This document shows, piece by piece, positions 47,201 to 59,887 of a DNA stretch of 64,000 bases. The DNA comes from a virus. The stretch's first letter is position 1, and every line of letters starts with the position of its first letter. The notes beneath the pieces are model-generated. The model was not told the DNA's origin and did no database searches. It saw nothing but the letters and a program-made list of their open reading frames with translations. Both the position numbers and the translations under genes were made by a program. The stretch is taken from the IMG/VR virus record IMGVR_UViG_3300031718_000001, positions 1 through 64,000 of that record; one strand, written 5' to 3'.

Positions 47201-49526
47201 TGGTCCTCGGCAGGGTCCTGCCGCATCTGCGCCATCTTCACCCGGAGGCGCTCCGCTCCGGCCTCGGCATCGAACCCGGTGTCCAGGGGCAGGTCTCCGA
47301 GCTGCCGGTACAGCGACCGCATGAAGGCGTCTTCCTCCGGCGTGATCTCGCTCATCACCACAGCCGCTCGATCGTGACGATGATGTCGGGCTGACGCCGG
47401 ACGAGCGGCTCCAGCCTCCGGCGTGCCTCGGCCGCCATGGCCGTGCAGTGCTCCCAGACCACGCCGTGCTCGACCATCAGGTGCAGCGCGTACTCGGTCT
47501 CCAGGTCGTCGAGCGCCTTCTTGAGGTAGTCCATCAGCTCTCTCCCGGCGTATCGCTGAAGATCGCCTCAACCTCGGAGACCAGCTCCGGGTCAGCCTCG
47601 ACGCCGCCGGTCTTCTCGTGCAGCGCTGTCTTGACCTGCTGGATCAGCTCGGGCGGGATCAGCTCGGCGATACGGCACGCCAGGCACGTACCCGGATCGC
47701 GCAGCAGTGCCTCGATAGCCTGCCTGGCCGCGGCTGCCATCTCATGAGCCGCGCGCCACGGCACTCCCCGGGCTACCAGATCGCAGGCCGCTCCGGCCAT
47801 CCACCAGTCCAGCTCCCGGGCCAGCCTGTCATTGCCCGCCATGTCGCCTCCGCTCGCCTGTCTCGTCGGTCACGATGATGACCCTGGACGGCCCTGTGAC
47901 GGCCTCCATGGTCGTGGTGATGTCCGGCGCACCGGCAGAGCGCCGGGAGCCTCTCTGGAGCCTGTGCAGCCGCCTGGCGCCGTGCAGGGCGCCCCACGGC
48001 GTGCTGTGGTAGTGCACCGCGCAGTGGCCGAGCGTTCCGGCCGACCACGCAGATACCCCGAGCGGCCGGATCTTCAGCCAGCAGCGCACATCGCCGAAGA
48101 TCTTCCCGTCAGCCTTCGGCATCCCTCGACCCTTCGTCCGGCAGACCCAGGGATCCGGCAGGAGGATTTGCGGCAGGCCCCTCAGACGGGGCGCGCTGCT
48201 CGTCCTGCCCGTACGGGAAGTGCGCATCGTCTGAGCTGCACTTCGCCGCATGCTGCTGCCGTATGCGGAACGCGCTGTCGCCGTCGCCCATCAGGTCATA
48301 GAAGTCGGCGAGGGACATGGCCTCGTCGCACTCCAGCTTGCCGCCGAACCCCCCGGCCAGGCCCGTGAGCCGGCGCCTCCATACCGCGGCGAAGCGGTAA
48401 TCGGCGAGGGCGAGACGGGCAGGCGGAGCCCCGGATCCGGTCTCCCCGGCGCGCTCGCGGACCTCCGCCAGGAACCCGGCGGCCCGGTCCAGGTCATCCA
48501 GATCACCGTTCTTCTTCACGCCGAGCACCAGCCACTTCACGGCCTGGGCGGCGTGGAAGCCGAATCCGCACTGCGCGGTCAGGTGGCTGAGGAGCTGTTC
48601 TTCAGGCGAGGGCGGCACGAGGCGGCTCCTGTTCGTAGATGTGGCGGCACTGCGGGCTCGCGCACTCGTAGCCGTGGACGTGCGGTGCGCTCCCGCCGGG
48701 ATGCCTATGAGCGTAGAAGCACCCGTCATGGTGGGCGTGCTCGTGCTGGTCAGGATGGAATTCCTCAGAAGGCCACATGCCCAGCAGCACCTCGGTCCCG
48801 CCGGACCAGGTGTCGGTGACGTGCGCCGGGTCAGGAGGCAACGGGCTCGCCCTGCTCGTGGAGCGTCACGGCCGCCTGCCACGCCTGGGTGATCCGCTCG
48901 CAGCGCCGCCGGAACGTGTCGCCCGGCCCCGGATCGCATGCGTTGCCGTATGACCTGCTGAACATCAGCTCCCACCACCACCCGGACCCGGCCGCGGCGA
49001 ACTGCCCGAAGTTCGCGCCGGCCAGCCTGGTGGTGAGCGGCTCGTCCTGGGCGCACGTGATCGCGTCGGAGAGGACCTGGATCTTCGAGCGGACCTGATC
49101 AGCCATGAACGTTTCCCATCGCGTAGCTCGTCCCCCTGACCGTGCCGTCCGGCCGGTGCTCAAGATCAGCCTCAGCCAGCAGCCAGCCGAACTCGGCCAG
49201 CCAGTCGCGCATCTTCTCGAACTCCTCCAGGTCCCAGGCCCGCATGGCAGCAGCAGCCCCGCGGATGCCGGGCGTGGCCGCGGTCACCGTAGCCCGGCGC
49301 TGCATGCGGCGTTCGCGGACGGCATCGCGGCGCTCCTGGTGCACTGCCGTCGGCATGACCTCGCCCTCGTGGTGCAGGCGCTTCCCGCTCAGGTCCGGCC
49401 AGGAGTCGTAGGTGTGGTTGTCCGTCGTGTAGAGGCATCGGTGCCCGGCGCCCTGGCCGCACTTCGGGCAGTCCACGGCCAGGGCGTCCTCGACGCTGAC
49501 GGGGCCGATGTCAGGCGGGTACCACC

Positions 49527-49976
49527 TCACCTGGCCAGCGCCTTGCGCTCGTTCTCGCGGTAGGCATCCCACATGGTCAGCTCGCCATCGACCTTCATCC
49601 ACGGCAGCATGATCTCAGCCAGCTCGGCCAGGCCCGCCTCGATCAGCGCGAGCTGGGCCTCGATCCAGACCTTCATCACGCGCCAGGCGACCCGCCGGGC
49701 ATGCTCGGGCTGGGTGTGGCGCCGCTCGACCAGGCGCTTGCCGTAGGCCGCCTGGAGCGCCTTCTGCGTGCCCAGGACATTGACTGGCAGCGTGAACTGG
49801 CGCTCGCCGTACGGTGTCTCGATCACGAAGCTGAGCCCGTCCGGCTGGCGCTCTTTGGTGTACTGGATCGCCACGGCGCTTGCCCCGTGCTTAGCCAGGA
49901 TCGCGAGGCACTCGGCCGCGGTCGTGCCCGGGTCGATCGTCGTGGTGTAGTTCAGCGGTCCCTTGCTAGCGCCCAT
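49527..49976 (-). CDS. conserved phage hypothetical protein
   Basis: IL.KHGA..F.LP..ARRVAWR..K.WIEAQLA motif. Confidence 0.6.
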   Translation of the reverse strand: MGASKGPLNYTTTIDPGTTAAECLAILAKHGASAVAIQYTKERQPDGLSFVIETPYGERQFTLPVNVLGTQKALQAAYGKRLVERRHTQPEHARRVAWRVMKVWIEAQLALIEAGLAELAEIMLPWMKVDGELTMWDAYRENERKALAR

Positions 49977-50582
49977 CCTTGTCCTCATCCAGCAGTCCGG
50001 CCGCCCCGAGCAGCCGGCGCACGTTCTTCACCGTCAGCTCCTGGCCGGTCATGCGCAGCGCCAGGCAGGCGTAGGCCGTGCGCATCCCGCCCGGGACCGC
50101 CGCGCCGTGCTCATCCAGGAACGCCTCGCGCTCGCCCAGGAACAGGTCGCGCTGGTACGCCTCGTCGAGGATGTCGGTGATCTCGGCGCTGCCGGGGTAG
50201 GCGTAGTCGTCCATGAGCGCTTCGCGCTCGCTGCCGATCAGCGCCGCCGCCACGACTCTCAGCTCATTGACCTTAGCTATGTCGTCCACCTCCTTCGGCC
50301 GCACCGCGGTGACCCGCCAGGCATCCGCCCAAGGCGTGTCGGTGCCGTCCTCATAGTCCTGGGCGATCTGCTGGCCCTGCTCGTGGCCGCTGACCTCGAT
50401 CGTGGTAGTCACGGCCTCGCGCAGGTCCTCCAGGTGCGTCGGCCGTGCTGCCCTCCACCGGCACAGCAGGATGCGGCCGTCGCGCGACCTGGTGATCATG
50501 TAGGTATGGGCCTTGGTATAGCCCATCAGCGCGGTGACCGCGCGCATCGGCGGTGTGGTGTGGCTCCTCCAGTCGATCGCGG

Positions 50583-51314
50583 TCACGGTGCAGACCCTTC
50601 CAGCAGCGTCATCAGCTTCCGGGTCGGCCGCCACGGGGCGCCTTGCTGCGGGTCGTCAGACTCGACGAGCCCGCGGTTCCTGTCGAACACGAGCCACCTG
50701 GCGATCGTCTCCTCCGACGTAACGGACATGCCGTGCATGGCCATGGTCTCCTGGATCACCTTGACGGTTAGCCCCTCTGGCGGCCCGCTGGAGACGATCT
50801 CGCGGATGAGCTTCCGGGTCTGCTCACCAGGCCCTCCGTCGAGCGGGCTCGCCGTGCGAGTCTCGGGCGACGACTCGGAGATGTAGTCGCGCCAGGGCAC
50901 GAACGTGCCCTCGCGCCAGAACCCCCACTCAGCACGCCTCGGGCCGGTGAGGACCAGTGTCCACAGCGGGCCGTCGATCCTCTCGATGATGTGCGCGGCT
51001 CTGCGGCTTGTCCGGCCGAGCGACCAGCGCATCCGGTGGCGCAGTACGGACTCGCCCGGCTTGCGCTTGTCCGGCCACGCGCGCTCGCGGTAGTAGCCCG
51101 CCAGGATGACCGAGGCGAATGCCCACGGGTGATCGTGCGGGTCGCGGTCGATGTCCGGCCGGTGGATGTGGTGCAGGTAGATCCCGAACCACGGCGTCTG
51201 GACGATGCGCAGCCGGTCGAGGTACGGGTCGCCGTCAGCGCCGATGTCAAGCCCTTCGAGGAACGCCCATCGCATCGAGTCGCCTGGTCGGCCGCCCTGG
51301 ATCTTCTCGGTCAT
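50583..51314 (-). CDS. cupin-like protein with C-terminal HTH-like extension
   Basis: IYLHHI..D.D..PHDHPW.F.S..L.GYY.E..H.I..WTLVLTG. Confidence 0.65.
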   Translation of the reverse strand: MTEKIQGGRPGDSMRWAFLEGLDIGADGDPYLDRLRIVQTPWFGIYLHHIHRPDIDRDPHDHPWAFASVILAGYYRERAWPDKRKPGESVLRHRMRWSLGRTSRRAAHIIERIDGPLWTLVLTGPRRAEWGFWREGTFVPWRDYISESSPETRTASPLDGGPGEQTRKLIREIVSSGPPEGLTVKVIQETMAMHGMSVTSEETIARWLVFDRNRGLVESDDPQQGAPWRPTRKLMTLLEGSAP

Positions 51315-54300
51315 GTCCTGTCCTTTCTGCATATGTCGCACCTGCGTCGCAGGTCGTCTACGTAGCCCTGGCGGCAGAACACGCACAGGTGGCGGCCCTG
51401 GTCATCCACCGGGGGCAGCGGCGCCGGGTGCAGCTTGCGGTACTCGGCCATCGCATCCTGGGCCTCCTCGACCGCCCGGCCCAGCTCGGCGAACTCATCC
51501 GCGGTGAACCCGGCCTTGCCGTTCATCGACATGACGACGCTGCCGTCCTCGTGGACGATGAGCAGCACCTGGGCCTGCTGGAAGCGGTCGCCCGTGGTCT
51601 TGCGGACCTCGACCCTGAGCCGGGCACCGCGCTGGCCGCAGGCCTTCGCCTTCCAGCGTCGGCGCCACTCCTCGTCCATGTTCGGCGAGTAGTTGCCGGG
51701 CGGGCAGTCGTCGGACTGGTACGCGGCCCATTCGTGGTAGGGCTCGGCTTTCGGGGGCTTCTCCCAGCACAGCACGGCGTCGGCCATCAGGTTCTCCGGT
51801 ACGGCTTATGCGGGATGACCACGCCCAGCGCGCGGCAGCGGTCGCAGTTCCCGTCCTCGGCGGCGTACAAGCTCCTGCTCACCATCCGGATGCCATCGAC
51901 GTGCTCGTCCTCCGGCGCCGGGTTCTCGTGGTAGTGGATGCCGTACGGTGAGCAGACGGGCATATCGCGGCGGGGAGCCGAGGCAGCCCGCAGGTCGCGG
52001 GCGAGCTGGTCCCAGCCGGCGCTGAACTCGGCCATCGTCACCCCGGTGAAGAGCGGATCCGGGCGCAGCTCCAGCATCATCAGGGGCCGCGGCTCCGGCC
52101 ATATCCTGCGGTCAGCCGCTCGCTCCCGGTTGGCCTCGCACGCACGGCGGATGGCGATGTGCACGCTCAGGCACAGGTTCCACAGCGCGCCCAGCGCCAG
52201 CACGCTCGATATATCCGCCAGCCATCCTGGTACCGGGTGCATGCTGAGGCAGACGATCATGAGCACGGTCGCCAGGCCGAACATCCTGAGCGCGGCGGCC
52301 GTGAGGGTCCTCACAGCACGATCTCCGGCTCGAAGTGCGGCACCCGGCTGATCTCGTGCAGGGTGAGCCCGCAGACAGCCAGGCCGTCGCGGAACGAGGC
52401 GAACTGGTGGTGCGCGAAGGTCATCACCACGCGGGTGGCCATAACCGGGAACAGCTCCTGGATGCTGGACGGAGCCTGGGATCCGGCGTGCACGGTGAAC
52501 TCGTAGTCCCACTCCCTGATCGCCGAGCGCAGCGCCTCGCCCGCGCCCGCCCGGTCAGTGTCCGGTATCAGGCGGTAGCAGGTTGCCATGCTGTTCGTTC
52601 CCTGGGTGACCGGCTCGGCCAGCCCCGCCGAGCGGAGATCGGCGATCCAGAGGGCGACCGTGTTCCGGCTGACGTTGTGCCCGCGGTGCGTCACGTGCGC
52701 CAGGAGATGATCTATGTCGGAACCTTCCGGCCCGCTGGCCCGGATGTAGTCGGTAACCGCCTGGCGCGCGTCCCGGAGCGCCTGCGGGTTGCGCTCGGCC
52801 AGGGCCACCTCGGCAAGCCATGCCGGCTGCACCATCCGCTTCACGTCGTTGTCACTGGCCGCCAGGTGCTCCAGCAGCGCCCACTCCATCGCCTCGCGCT
52901 GGCGCCCGGCAGTCCACCGGGCGATCTGCTCCTGGGTCACGGTCAGGCCAGCCAGCAGCAGTGCGGTCTCGACGTTCTCGGGGGACAGGTCCTCGTCGGG
53001 GATCTGACTGGTCATCGTGGCCTCCTCAGCCATCGCCAGCGCTGGTAGCGCGGGCACTTCTCGGGGCCGCACGGGCCACAGTAGGTTCCGCTGCTGAAGT
53101 GGTCGTGGACGGCCCGCAGGCACCCGCAGCGGGCGCAGCGCCTTATCCGGGCCGTCCTGGTCATCCGGCTGCCCAGGTCTGGTCCTGCTGCGTGGCGAGG
53201 CGCCACATCTCCTGCTGGAGCGCGGTGATCTCCTCGTGCAGCGACAGGATGCGGCTGTAGACGCGCGCCGAGCGCCGGAACCCCCACCACGGGACCGACC
53301 CGGCCTCGGCGACCGCGGCCGACAGGTCGCTGATCAGGTACCGGACGTGCTGCATGTCCGTCGCCATCAGCTCAGCCGCATGCATGGCGGCCATGCTGGT
53401 CTTTCCCCTGCCCGGCTGGCCGATGGTGATCTCCGGCCACTCCGTGATCTCCGGCTGCTCAGCGCTCATATGATGCCTGCTCCATCTCTATCTGCGCGAG
53501 GTACGCGCACTGGTTCTCCTGGATCGTCTCCCAGACCCGCATGACGCGGGGAGCGACGATCCCGGTCTGCTTCCACTCCTCGTACTCGCGCTGGCTCATG
53601 CCGAGCCAGTCGATCCGGGTGCACAGGCAGGTCCAGTCCGGCGCGTGATCCTTCAGGTGGCGCTCGTAGTCAGCCTCGCGCTCCGCGATGAACGCGGAAT
53701 CACGCTCCTGGCCGGCCTTTATGTCGGCGTTGCCCTGCTCGTCGTAGCGGTGGTCCCACACGGCATCCTCGACGCTGCGCCGGAGCGCGCCGCCGGTCCT
53801 GCTCTGCCAGGCGCCGCACGAGCACATAGCCTCGTAGCCCATGCCGGCGTAGGTGCGGCCGGACTGGACAGGCTCCAGCTCGCCGTAGGGGCCGCTGTAG
53901 ACGTACCAGCGCACCCGGTGAGCCCTCATGGTGTCCGGGCGGATCATGTACTGGAGCGGGTGGCGGCTGCTCACAGGACGACCTCGACCGTGTTGACTGC
54001 GCGGCCCGTGAAGTGATCCTCGCCGCTGCGCGGGCGGGAGTAGATACTGAATATGACCTGCTTGACCTGCCCGGCGATGCTGTGGGAGAGGCCATAGACC
54101 TCGCTGGTCCCATAGTCTTCGGGATCCGGGTGGTAGATAAAGTCGCCCTGGCGCGGGATCGGGCCGTCGTAGCTCTCGACCCGTGCAACGATCCTGTTCT
54201 CCTGGGTGACGATTAGCGTGATCATCAGTTACCTCAGCTCGACGGTGACGGTGTAGCGGGCGTCATCCCAGTCCTGGACGTTGCCGATGAACTGGCCGCC

Positions 54301-55670
54301 GTCGGCGGAGGTCAGGCTCACGCCGGTCTCGGCGTCGATGTCCTGGAGCAGCTCCCACGAGCGAGCGGTCGGCGGAAGCCGGACGGTGATGCCGTCCTCG
54401 TCCGCCCTGATCTCCGCCGTGGTCATCTCCGTGCTGAGTTCGATGTGCATCGCGGCCTCCTGATCGATTGCCTTGCAAGAACCACGATACAGGGTTTCTT
54501 GCTAATCGTCTACCGGAGAGAACAGCCTCATGATGTCCGCTGTGCCCGCGGCCTTCGGGTCGAACCCGAACAGCCACGCGGCATCGCCCCAGTCGGCCAG
54601 GAGCTGCGCCGGCAGGTCCTCTTCCGTGACCGGCAGCCCCGAGGCGTCGAATTCCGGCCACGGCAGCAGGGCCTCGTTGGTGCCGGTGACCGCCGCCTCG
54701 TCCTCCCACGTGCCGCAAGCCGCCGTCCAGGTAACCGGATCCGACCGGAGCACGTTCACCTGGGCGCCGCACGCCTGGAGATACGCTGCCCGCCTGTAGG
54801 CGCCGGAGGACGACAGGAACACCCGCTCGCGCGGCCACCTGAATCCCGGGCGCCGCAGGCCGAGCCGCGGCTTCCAGCCAGCCGGGCGCCACCCCCGCCG
54901 GCTCGATCCCTCCGGGTAGGCGATCTCCAGGCACCAGACATGGGCCACCCGGCCCGTGCCGGGAACGAACCGGGCGGCGTAATCGGTCACGCTGCTCATG
55001 ACTAGCCGAGGTCTTCCTCGTCGTCGTCATCGGGCAGGTTGTACTGGATGTCCGCCATGGCGATCAGCCGGTCGGCCACCTCCATGCGGGCAGCCCGCAC
55101 CTTGTCGTTCTGCTCGCCGGCGCCATCGGCGGCAGCGGCCTGGTCGATGCCCTTGATCACCTTCGCGAGCTGGCTCCAGGCCAGGCCCAGGAAGTCCGGG
55201 GGCTCCTGCGGGGGCACCGGCCCGCGCGCCGCGCCTGGCTGGCCCTGCGGGCCGTAACCCGGCTGCGGGTAGCCCTGCCGGTAGCCCGGCTGCTGTCCTC
55301 GTCCGTCGTTGCTCATCGTCGTTCCTCTCGTCGCCGCTCACGCGGCTAGCCGGTCCCTACTGTATATAACCTTGCTTGCTATTCCTGATTCCGACTCCGT
55401 TAGAATACGGGGGTCAGAAGAGAACGTCGCCGTGCGGGAGGGCGTCGCGTGCCAGCAGCGGAGCCGGGGCGCGCATCGCCCTGGTGGCCACCCACATCGT
55501 GGCGCCGGTCTCGGCATCGATCACGGTTACCGCTTCGGAACTGGCGATCCGCATGGCCTCGTCCAAGTGGAAATCGGCTCTGTGGGTCACCGGGTGCGCG
55601 TACGGCGCCTGCGTGTCGGTCCACATCAGGTGGTAGACCCGCATGTTGGGGTGGTCTTCGTCCGTTACTG

Positions 55671-56075
55671 TCATGGCTGTTCCTCCTTGACCTGCATTCC
55701 GTTGGCCAGCCGGCGGTAGGTCCGCTGGCTGTTGACCCGCATCTTGCGGGCGACCGCCAGCGCGGCGTCGAAGCCGAGCATGTCGGTCAGGCTGAGCATG
55801 AAGATGAGCACGTCGCCGATCTCGCCCTCCACGTCGCCGGTCACCACGAGGACGGCCGGGGGCCGCCGCAGGCGCAGCGCGATCAGGATCCGGGCGAGCC
55901 TGCCCGGCCGCGGTGAGCGGCTCCGGCGCCAGGCATTGTGCAGCTCGCCCAGCTCCTCCAGCAGCAGCCCGAACTCGGACTCGATGTCGGTGACGTTGAA
56001 GCCCATCCGGCGCTTGTGCGCCATGATCTCCTGCTGGGCCGCGGCAAAGGTGATCAGCTCGTCGTATGGTGTCAT
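55671..56075 (-). CDS. MazG-like nucleotide pyrophosphohydrolase
   Basis: LLEELGEL..EGEIGDVLIF..ARKMRVN. Confidence 0.8.
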   Translation of the reverse strand: MTPYDELITFAAAQQEIMAHKRRMGFNVTDIESEFGLLLEELGELHNAWRRSRSPRPGRLARILIALRLRRPPAVLVVTGDVEGEIGDVLIFMLSLTDMLGFDAALAVARKMRVNSQRTYRRLANGMQVKEEQP

Positions 56076-56776
56076 CGCGCTCTCCTGTCCAGCGCGAGCA
56101 GCCACTCGCGCGCCTGATCGATGTGGGCCTCCTGGAGGCCCTCGTACTCGCTTGTCAGGATCACCAGGTGCGGCTGGCCGCCTGCCAGGTCCGCGGCGTC
56201 CTGGACGTTCTCTTCCTCGTCGTCGAACCAGGCGAACGGACGGCCCCCGGTGAACGGCACGATGCCCGCGGACTTGCACACGCGGTCCCCGTCCTCGGTG
56301 AGGTAGCTCCCGGCCGGGCTGACCGGCATGACGGGCAGGCCGAGCGCGGGCGCTGCCCACACGGCCGCCCACTCCTCGCGCATCGTGCCCCAGGCCAGCT
56401 CGGCTCCGGTTTCCAGGGCGAGCCGCTGCAACGACACGAGCACCGCGGGGTTCCAGAAGATCACCTCGCCCCACGGCCCGAACCGGCGCTGCCGCCAGCC
56501 GTGGTGATAGCACATGTGCCTCCGCCGCTTCGCGCTCGCGGTTACGCTCACCACGCCGTCGAAGTCGAGCAGCAGCCACGGCCGCGCTGAGCCCAGAGTC
56601 TGTCCGGGGCACTCAGGTGCCCTGCCGGGGTGCCAGGTATCTTCCGGGCCGAGGCGCCAGTCCCAGTGCCGGCCGGTGCCGACGCCGTACGTCTTCTGCT
56701 CCATGGGACAGCGCCTGCACGCGCGGTTCCTGGCAGCGTAAGGATCGCTGCCGAGGTAGTCCCAGGAATGCCGCAT
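56072..56776 (-). CDS. HAD-family phosphatase (Swiss-army-knife RNA-repair-like)
   Basis: LLLDFDGV, LAWGT, K, FAWFDDE, EGL motifs; apparently leaderless ATG 56776. Confidence 0.75.
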   Translation of the reverse strand: MRHSWDYLGSDPYAARNRACRRCPMEQKTYGVGTGRHWDWRLGPEDTWHPGRAPECPGQTLGSARPWLLLDFDGVVSVTASAKRRRHMCYHHGWRQRRFGPWGEVIFWNPAVLVSLQRLALETGAELAWGTMREEWAAVWAAPALGLPVMPVSPAGSYLTEDGDRVCKSAGIVPFTGGRPFAWFDDEEENVQDAADLAGGQPHLVILTSEYEGLQEAHIDQAREWLLALDRRAR

Positions 56777-56783
56777 GCCATTA

Positions 56784-56812
56784 ACGATAGCAATAAAGCC
56801 TGTATTCGGCAA
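56784..56812 (-). promoter_or_regulatory. promoter giving a leaderless HAD gene
   Basis: TTGCCG-17-TATCGT-7nt-ATG. Confidence 0.7.
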
Positions 56813-59355
56813 TCTTCTTGCCAGCCCCACTGCCGCGCGTCCCTCCGGCCCGGATGCGGCCGGACGGCAACCCGCCCGGCCGCGGCCAGGTTCGCGAGGA
56901 TCGAGGTGATGACGTTCGTCCTGCCGTAGTGGCAGGCACCGTGCGACTGCGGGACCGGCTCGCCGAGGCGATCCCGAATCACCCGGGCCAGCTCGACCAC
57001 CGTGAACCAGCTCTGCGGGTACGCGCGCAGGTGGGACTCGATCATCCCCTCCAGCTCAGCCCGACGGCGCCGCTTGGCACACGGGCCGCCCAGGCGGACC
57101 CGTCCGTCGGCGAGGTCGCCTTTCATGCCCCGGGGAGATGGTCCACGTAGGCGGCCTTAGTCCGCCAGGACCGGTTGCAGCCAGGCGCGTTGCAGCTCAC
57201 ATGGGAGTAGTCCGAGGGCTGCCAGCGGTAGCCGTTGAAGGCGCTCGCGTTGCCTTTGCGCTGCACGACCACCCAGTGCTCGCGGTGCTCGCGCTGGCAC
57301 AGCCTGTGCGCTGCGGCCTCGACCGGGGTCATCGCGTACGGGTGATCGTCCCACATGGCTACTGGTCCTGCTCTCCGGCGATTATGAAGGCGTAGTGCAC
57401 TCCGGCGTCATCGACGAACTTCCCCGGGTCGCAGGGCTCGTCGGTCGATGAGCGGAGATTGGCGTGCTGCCGGGACATGGCCCGCATGCGCCACCGGAGG
57501 TCATCCGGGTCCTCGGCCTCCTCGGCCCATTCCAGCAGCGGCAGCGCCGCGGCGCCCACGGCCACCGGGTCGGCCCGCTGCTCGCGGGTGACCAGGTTGG
57601 CCGCGTACATCAGGATGGTGCTCCGGTTCTCGGCTCCGATCAGCACGCTCACATCGAGTTCCCTCCGGGCTCTTCATGAATCCCGCGGCCGGGGCGGACG
57701 CGCACGTCCACCTGCACAGGATCGTCGGAGTGGTACGCAAGCGTCCGATCGCCGAGCAGGATCTGGGGCGGGCTGGTGACTTCCCAGGCCGTGCCGCGGT
57801 AGACGATCACGTCGCCCTGCCTCGGGATGAACGGCACGGGGATCCCGAAGGCCACGTTCCGGTCTTCCTCGTCGGCCAGCGACAGGTGAGCGACTACTGC
57901 TGCCATCACTTCTCCTCCTCGGTGGTCAGCAGGGTGAACTCCTTGACCCCGGCGGGCCGGAACAGGCGCCAGCCCTCGCCGCGTATCACATAGGCGCACG
58001 GCACTTCGCAGTGCCCGAGCAGCAGGCCTTCTGTCGCTGGTCCGTGCGAGTCGATCCAGGCCTGGGCGTCGGCGACGCTGACGGGCCTCAAGGTCACGGT
58101 GGCCATCAGCCTGCTCCCTGGCTTGCCATCTGGTACTCGGGCAGCGGGATGCCGGGCTTGGCCTCGAACGCCCGCAGGTTCTCCTCGGCCGCCTCGTACT
58201 CCCGCTCGGCGTCGCGCAGGATGCGCACCGCGTCGATCCTGGCCTGGGCATAGGCCGCTGTCGCGGCCTCAAAGCGGTCACGCGCGGCTTCGTACGGATT
58301 GACCTCCCGCGTCTCCGCGAGGAGGGCCTGGGCCTCGTCAGCCGTCTTGAAGACGGCCGGGACCTTCAGCTCCTCGCCATCGTGCGGGTCGAACTCGAAG
58401 TCGCAGGAGCCAACCCAGCAGCAGTACGCATCGTCGGGGTTGATGACCAGGATGTGCTCATGGTCCTTCACAGTGACTCCTCGGAGTTCTTGGCGGCCTT
58501 GAAAGCCTTCAGCAGGTTGTCGCCGGACATCCAGTGCCCGTAGACCGAGTTGAAATACCAGGCCGAGGTGATGTGCTCCAGCGGGCAGCCCAGCTCGGTG
58601 ACTGCATCGATCGCGTTGTCGAGGCCGCCGGCCTCCAGCTCGTGCTGCATGCCGTCGGCAGTCGTGATCCGGAACTCCATCAGCTCTCCCTGGCCTCGTG
58701 CAGCTCGCACCGGCCTGGCCCGCCGCACCCGCCCGGGTGACGGGCCAGGTGCACCGCTGTGCCAGCGGCCAGCCAGTCGTCGCCGGCGGCCAGATCGGGC
58801 CTGGCTTCCAGCCAGTAGCCGCGTGCGATGGCGATACCGGCATCTTCCGGACGCCCGGACCACGGCACGGCGTAGCCCCACTGCCCGATGTGGCGCAGCC
58901 AGCTATCCCGCACCGACTGGTAAGCGCGCTCGGTGTGGTCGTAGCCGAGTGAGCTGATCCGTTCGATGGGCACGCCGTGCGCCAGGCACAGCGCCGCCCT
59001 GGCATCCGCGCGGGATGTCTCCCAGTCCGGGCCTTTCACGGCGCACACGTGCATCAGCCGGATCGCGGCGGCCATGGTCATCTTCATCCTTCGCCGCCGT
59101 CGCGGCAGATGCGGCGGCCGGCCTGGCGGGTGCGGCGGGTCACGCGGTTGCGGATCTCACGGCGCTCGCCGGGGCGGTAACGGCCGCGGCGGCTGGCGCG
59201 GGTGGCCAGGGCGTCCTTCTCGTCACCGGAGATCATCGGGGTGGTGCTGCGCATCTCGGCCTCCTCGTCGCTTCCTTGCAAAATCCATCTTAGCAAGAAA
59301 ACCTGTATTGATGCAACTCCCGTCTGCCCCCGGAAGGATCAGGAAGGGGGACAAG

Positions 59356-59862
59356 TTGTTGAGCGAGGATCCCGACAGGCCCGGCATGATTCCTCCGTGG
59401 TGGACGGACCCCACCAAGAACGTCGAGACGCTGGTCGAGGCCTCCACCCAGAGACAGGATGACCTGCGGGAGGCCGGGATCAGCGCGCTGCGCCGGGAGA
59501 TGGAGCTGCGTGCCGACTACGAGGACAAGCTGCGCAGTGCCGAGTCAGCCCGGATCGACGCGATCCGGTCGGTGGACGTGGGGAACGTCGCCGCTGCCGC
59601 CCAGGTGGCGGAGACCCGCGCGAACACGCTGGCCCAGCAGGTCATCACGACCGCAGACGCCTTCCGGTCGGCCATGGCCGCGGCCCTGGAGCCGATCCAG
59701 AAATCGATCGAGGACCTGCGGCGGGCGCAGTACGAGGCCCAGGGCCAGAAGAGCCAGGTAAGCGACACCAGGCTGAACATGAACGTCATCATCGGCATGG
59801 CCGCGCTGGTGCTCAGCTCGATCGTCGTGGCCATCGCGCTGTACGCGGCCTTCCACAAGTAG
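59356..59862 (+). CDS. coiled-coil membrane protein with C-terminal TM helix
   Basis: TTG after a G-rich SD; heptad-like segment; hydrophobic C-terminus. Confidence 0.6.
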   Translation: MLSEDPDRPGMIPPWWTDPTKNVETLVEASTQRQDDLREAGISALRREMELRADYEDKLRSAESARIDAIRSVDVGNVAAAAQVAETRANTLAQQVITTADAFRSAMAAALEPIQKSIEDLRRAQYEAQGQKSQVSDTRLNMNVIIGMAALVLSSIVVAIALYAAFHK

Positions 59863-59887
59863 CACCGCAGAAGGATTAGGAGGCGGC

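Larger units (their letters stand above)
44273..59263 (-). other. dense array of small, closely coupled hypothetical genes (phage accessory region)
   Basis: tens of 50-250 codon ORFs with ATGA/GTGA overlaps and SD motifs; individual boundaries only partly resolved. Confidence 0.75.
1942..59307. repeat. dispersed 17-bp element TAGCAA(G/T)AAANNCTGTA, 17 copies
   Basis: 1942, 6738, 20133, 29204, 30778, 32510, 34003, 36237, 39433, 40285, 42609, 43879, 44628, 46810, 54488, 56788, 59291; degenerate copy at 55365. Confidence 0.9.
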
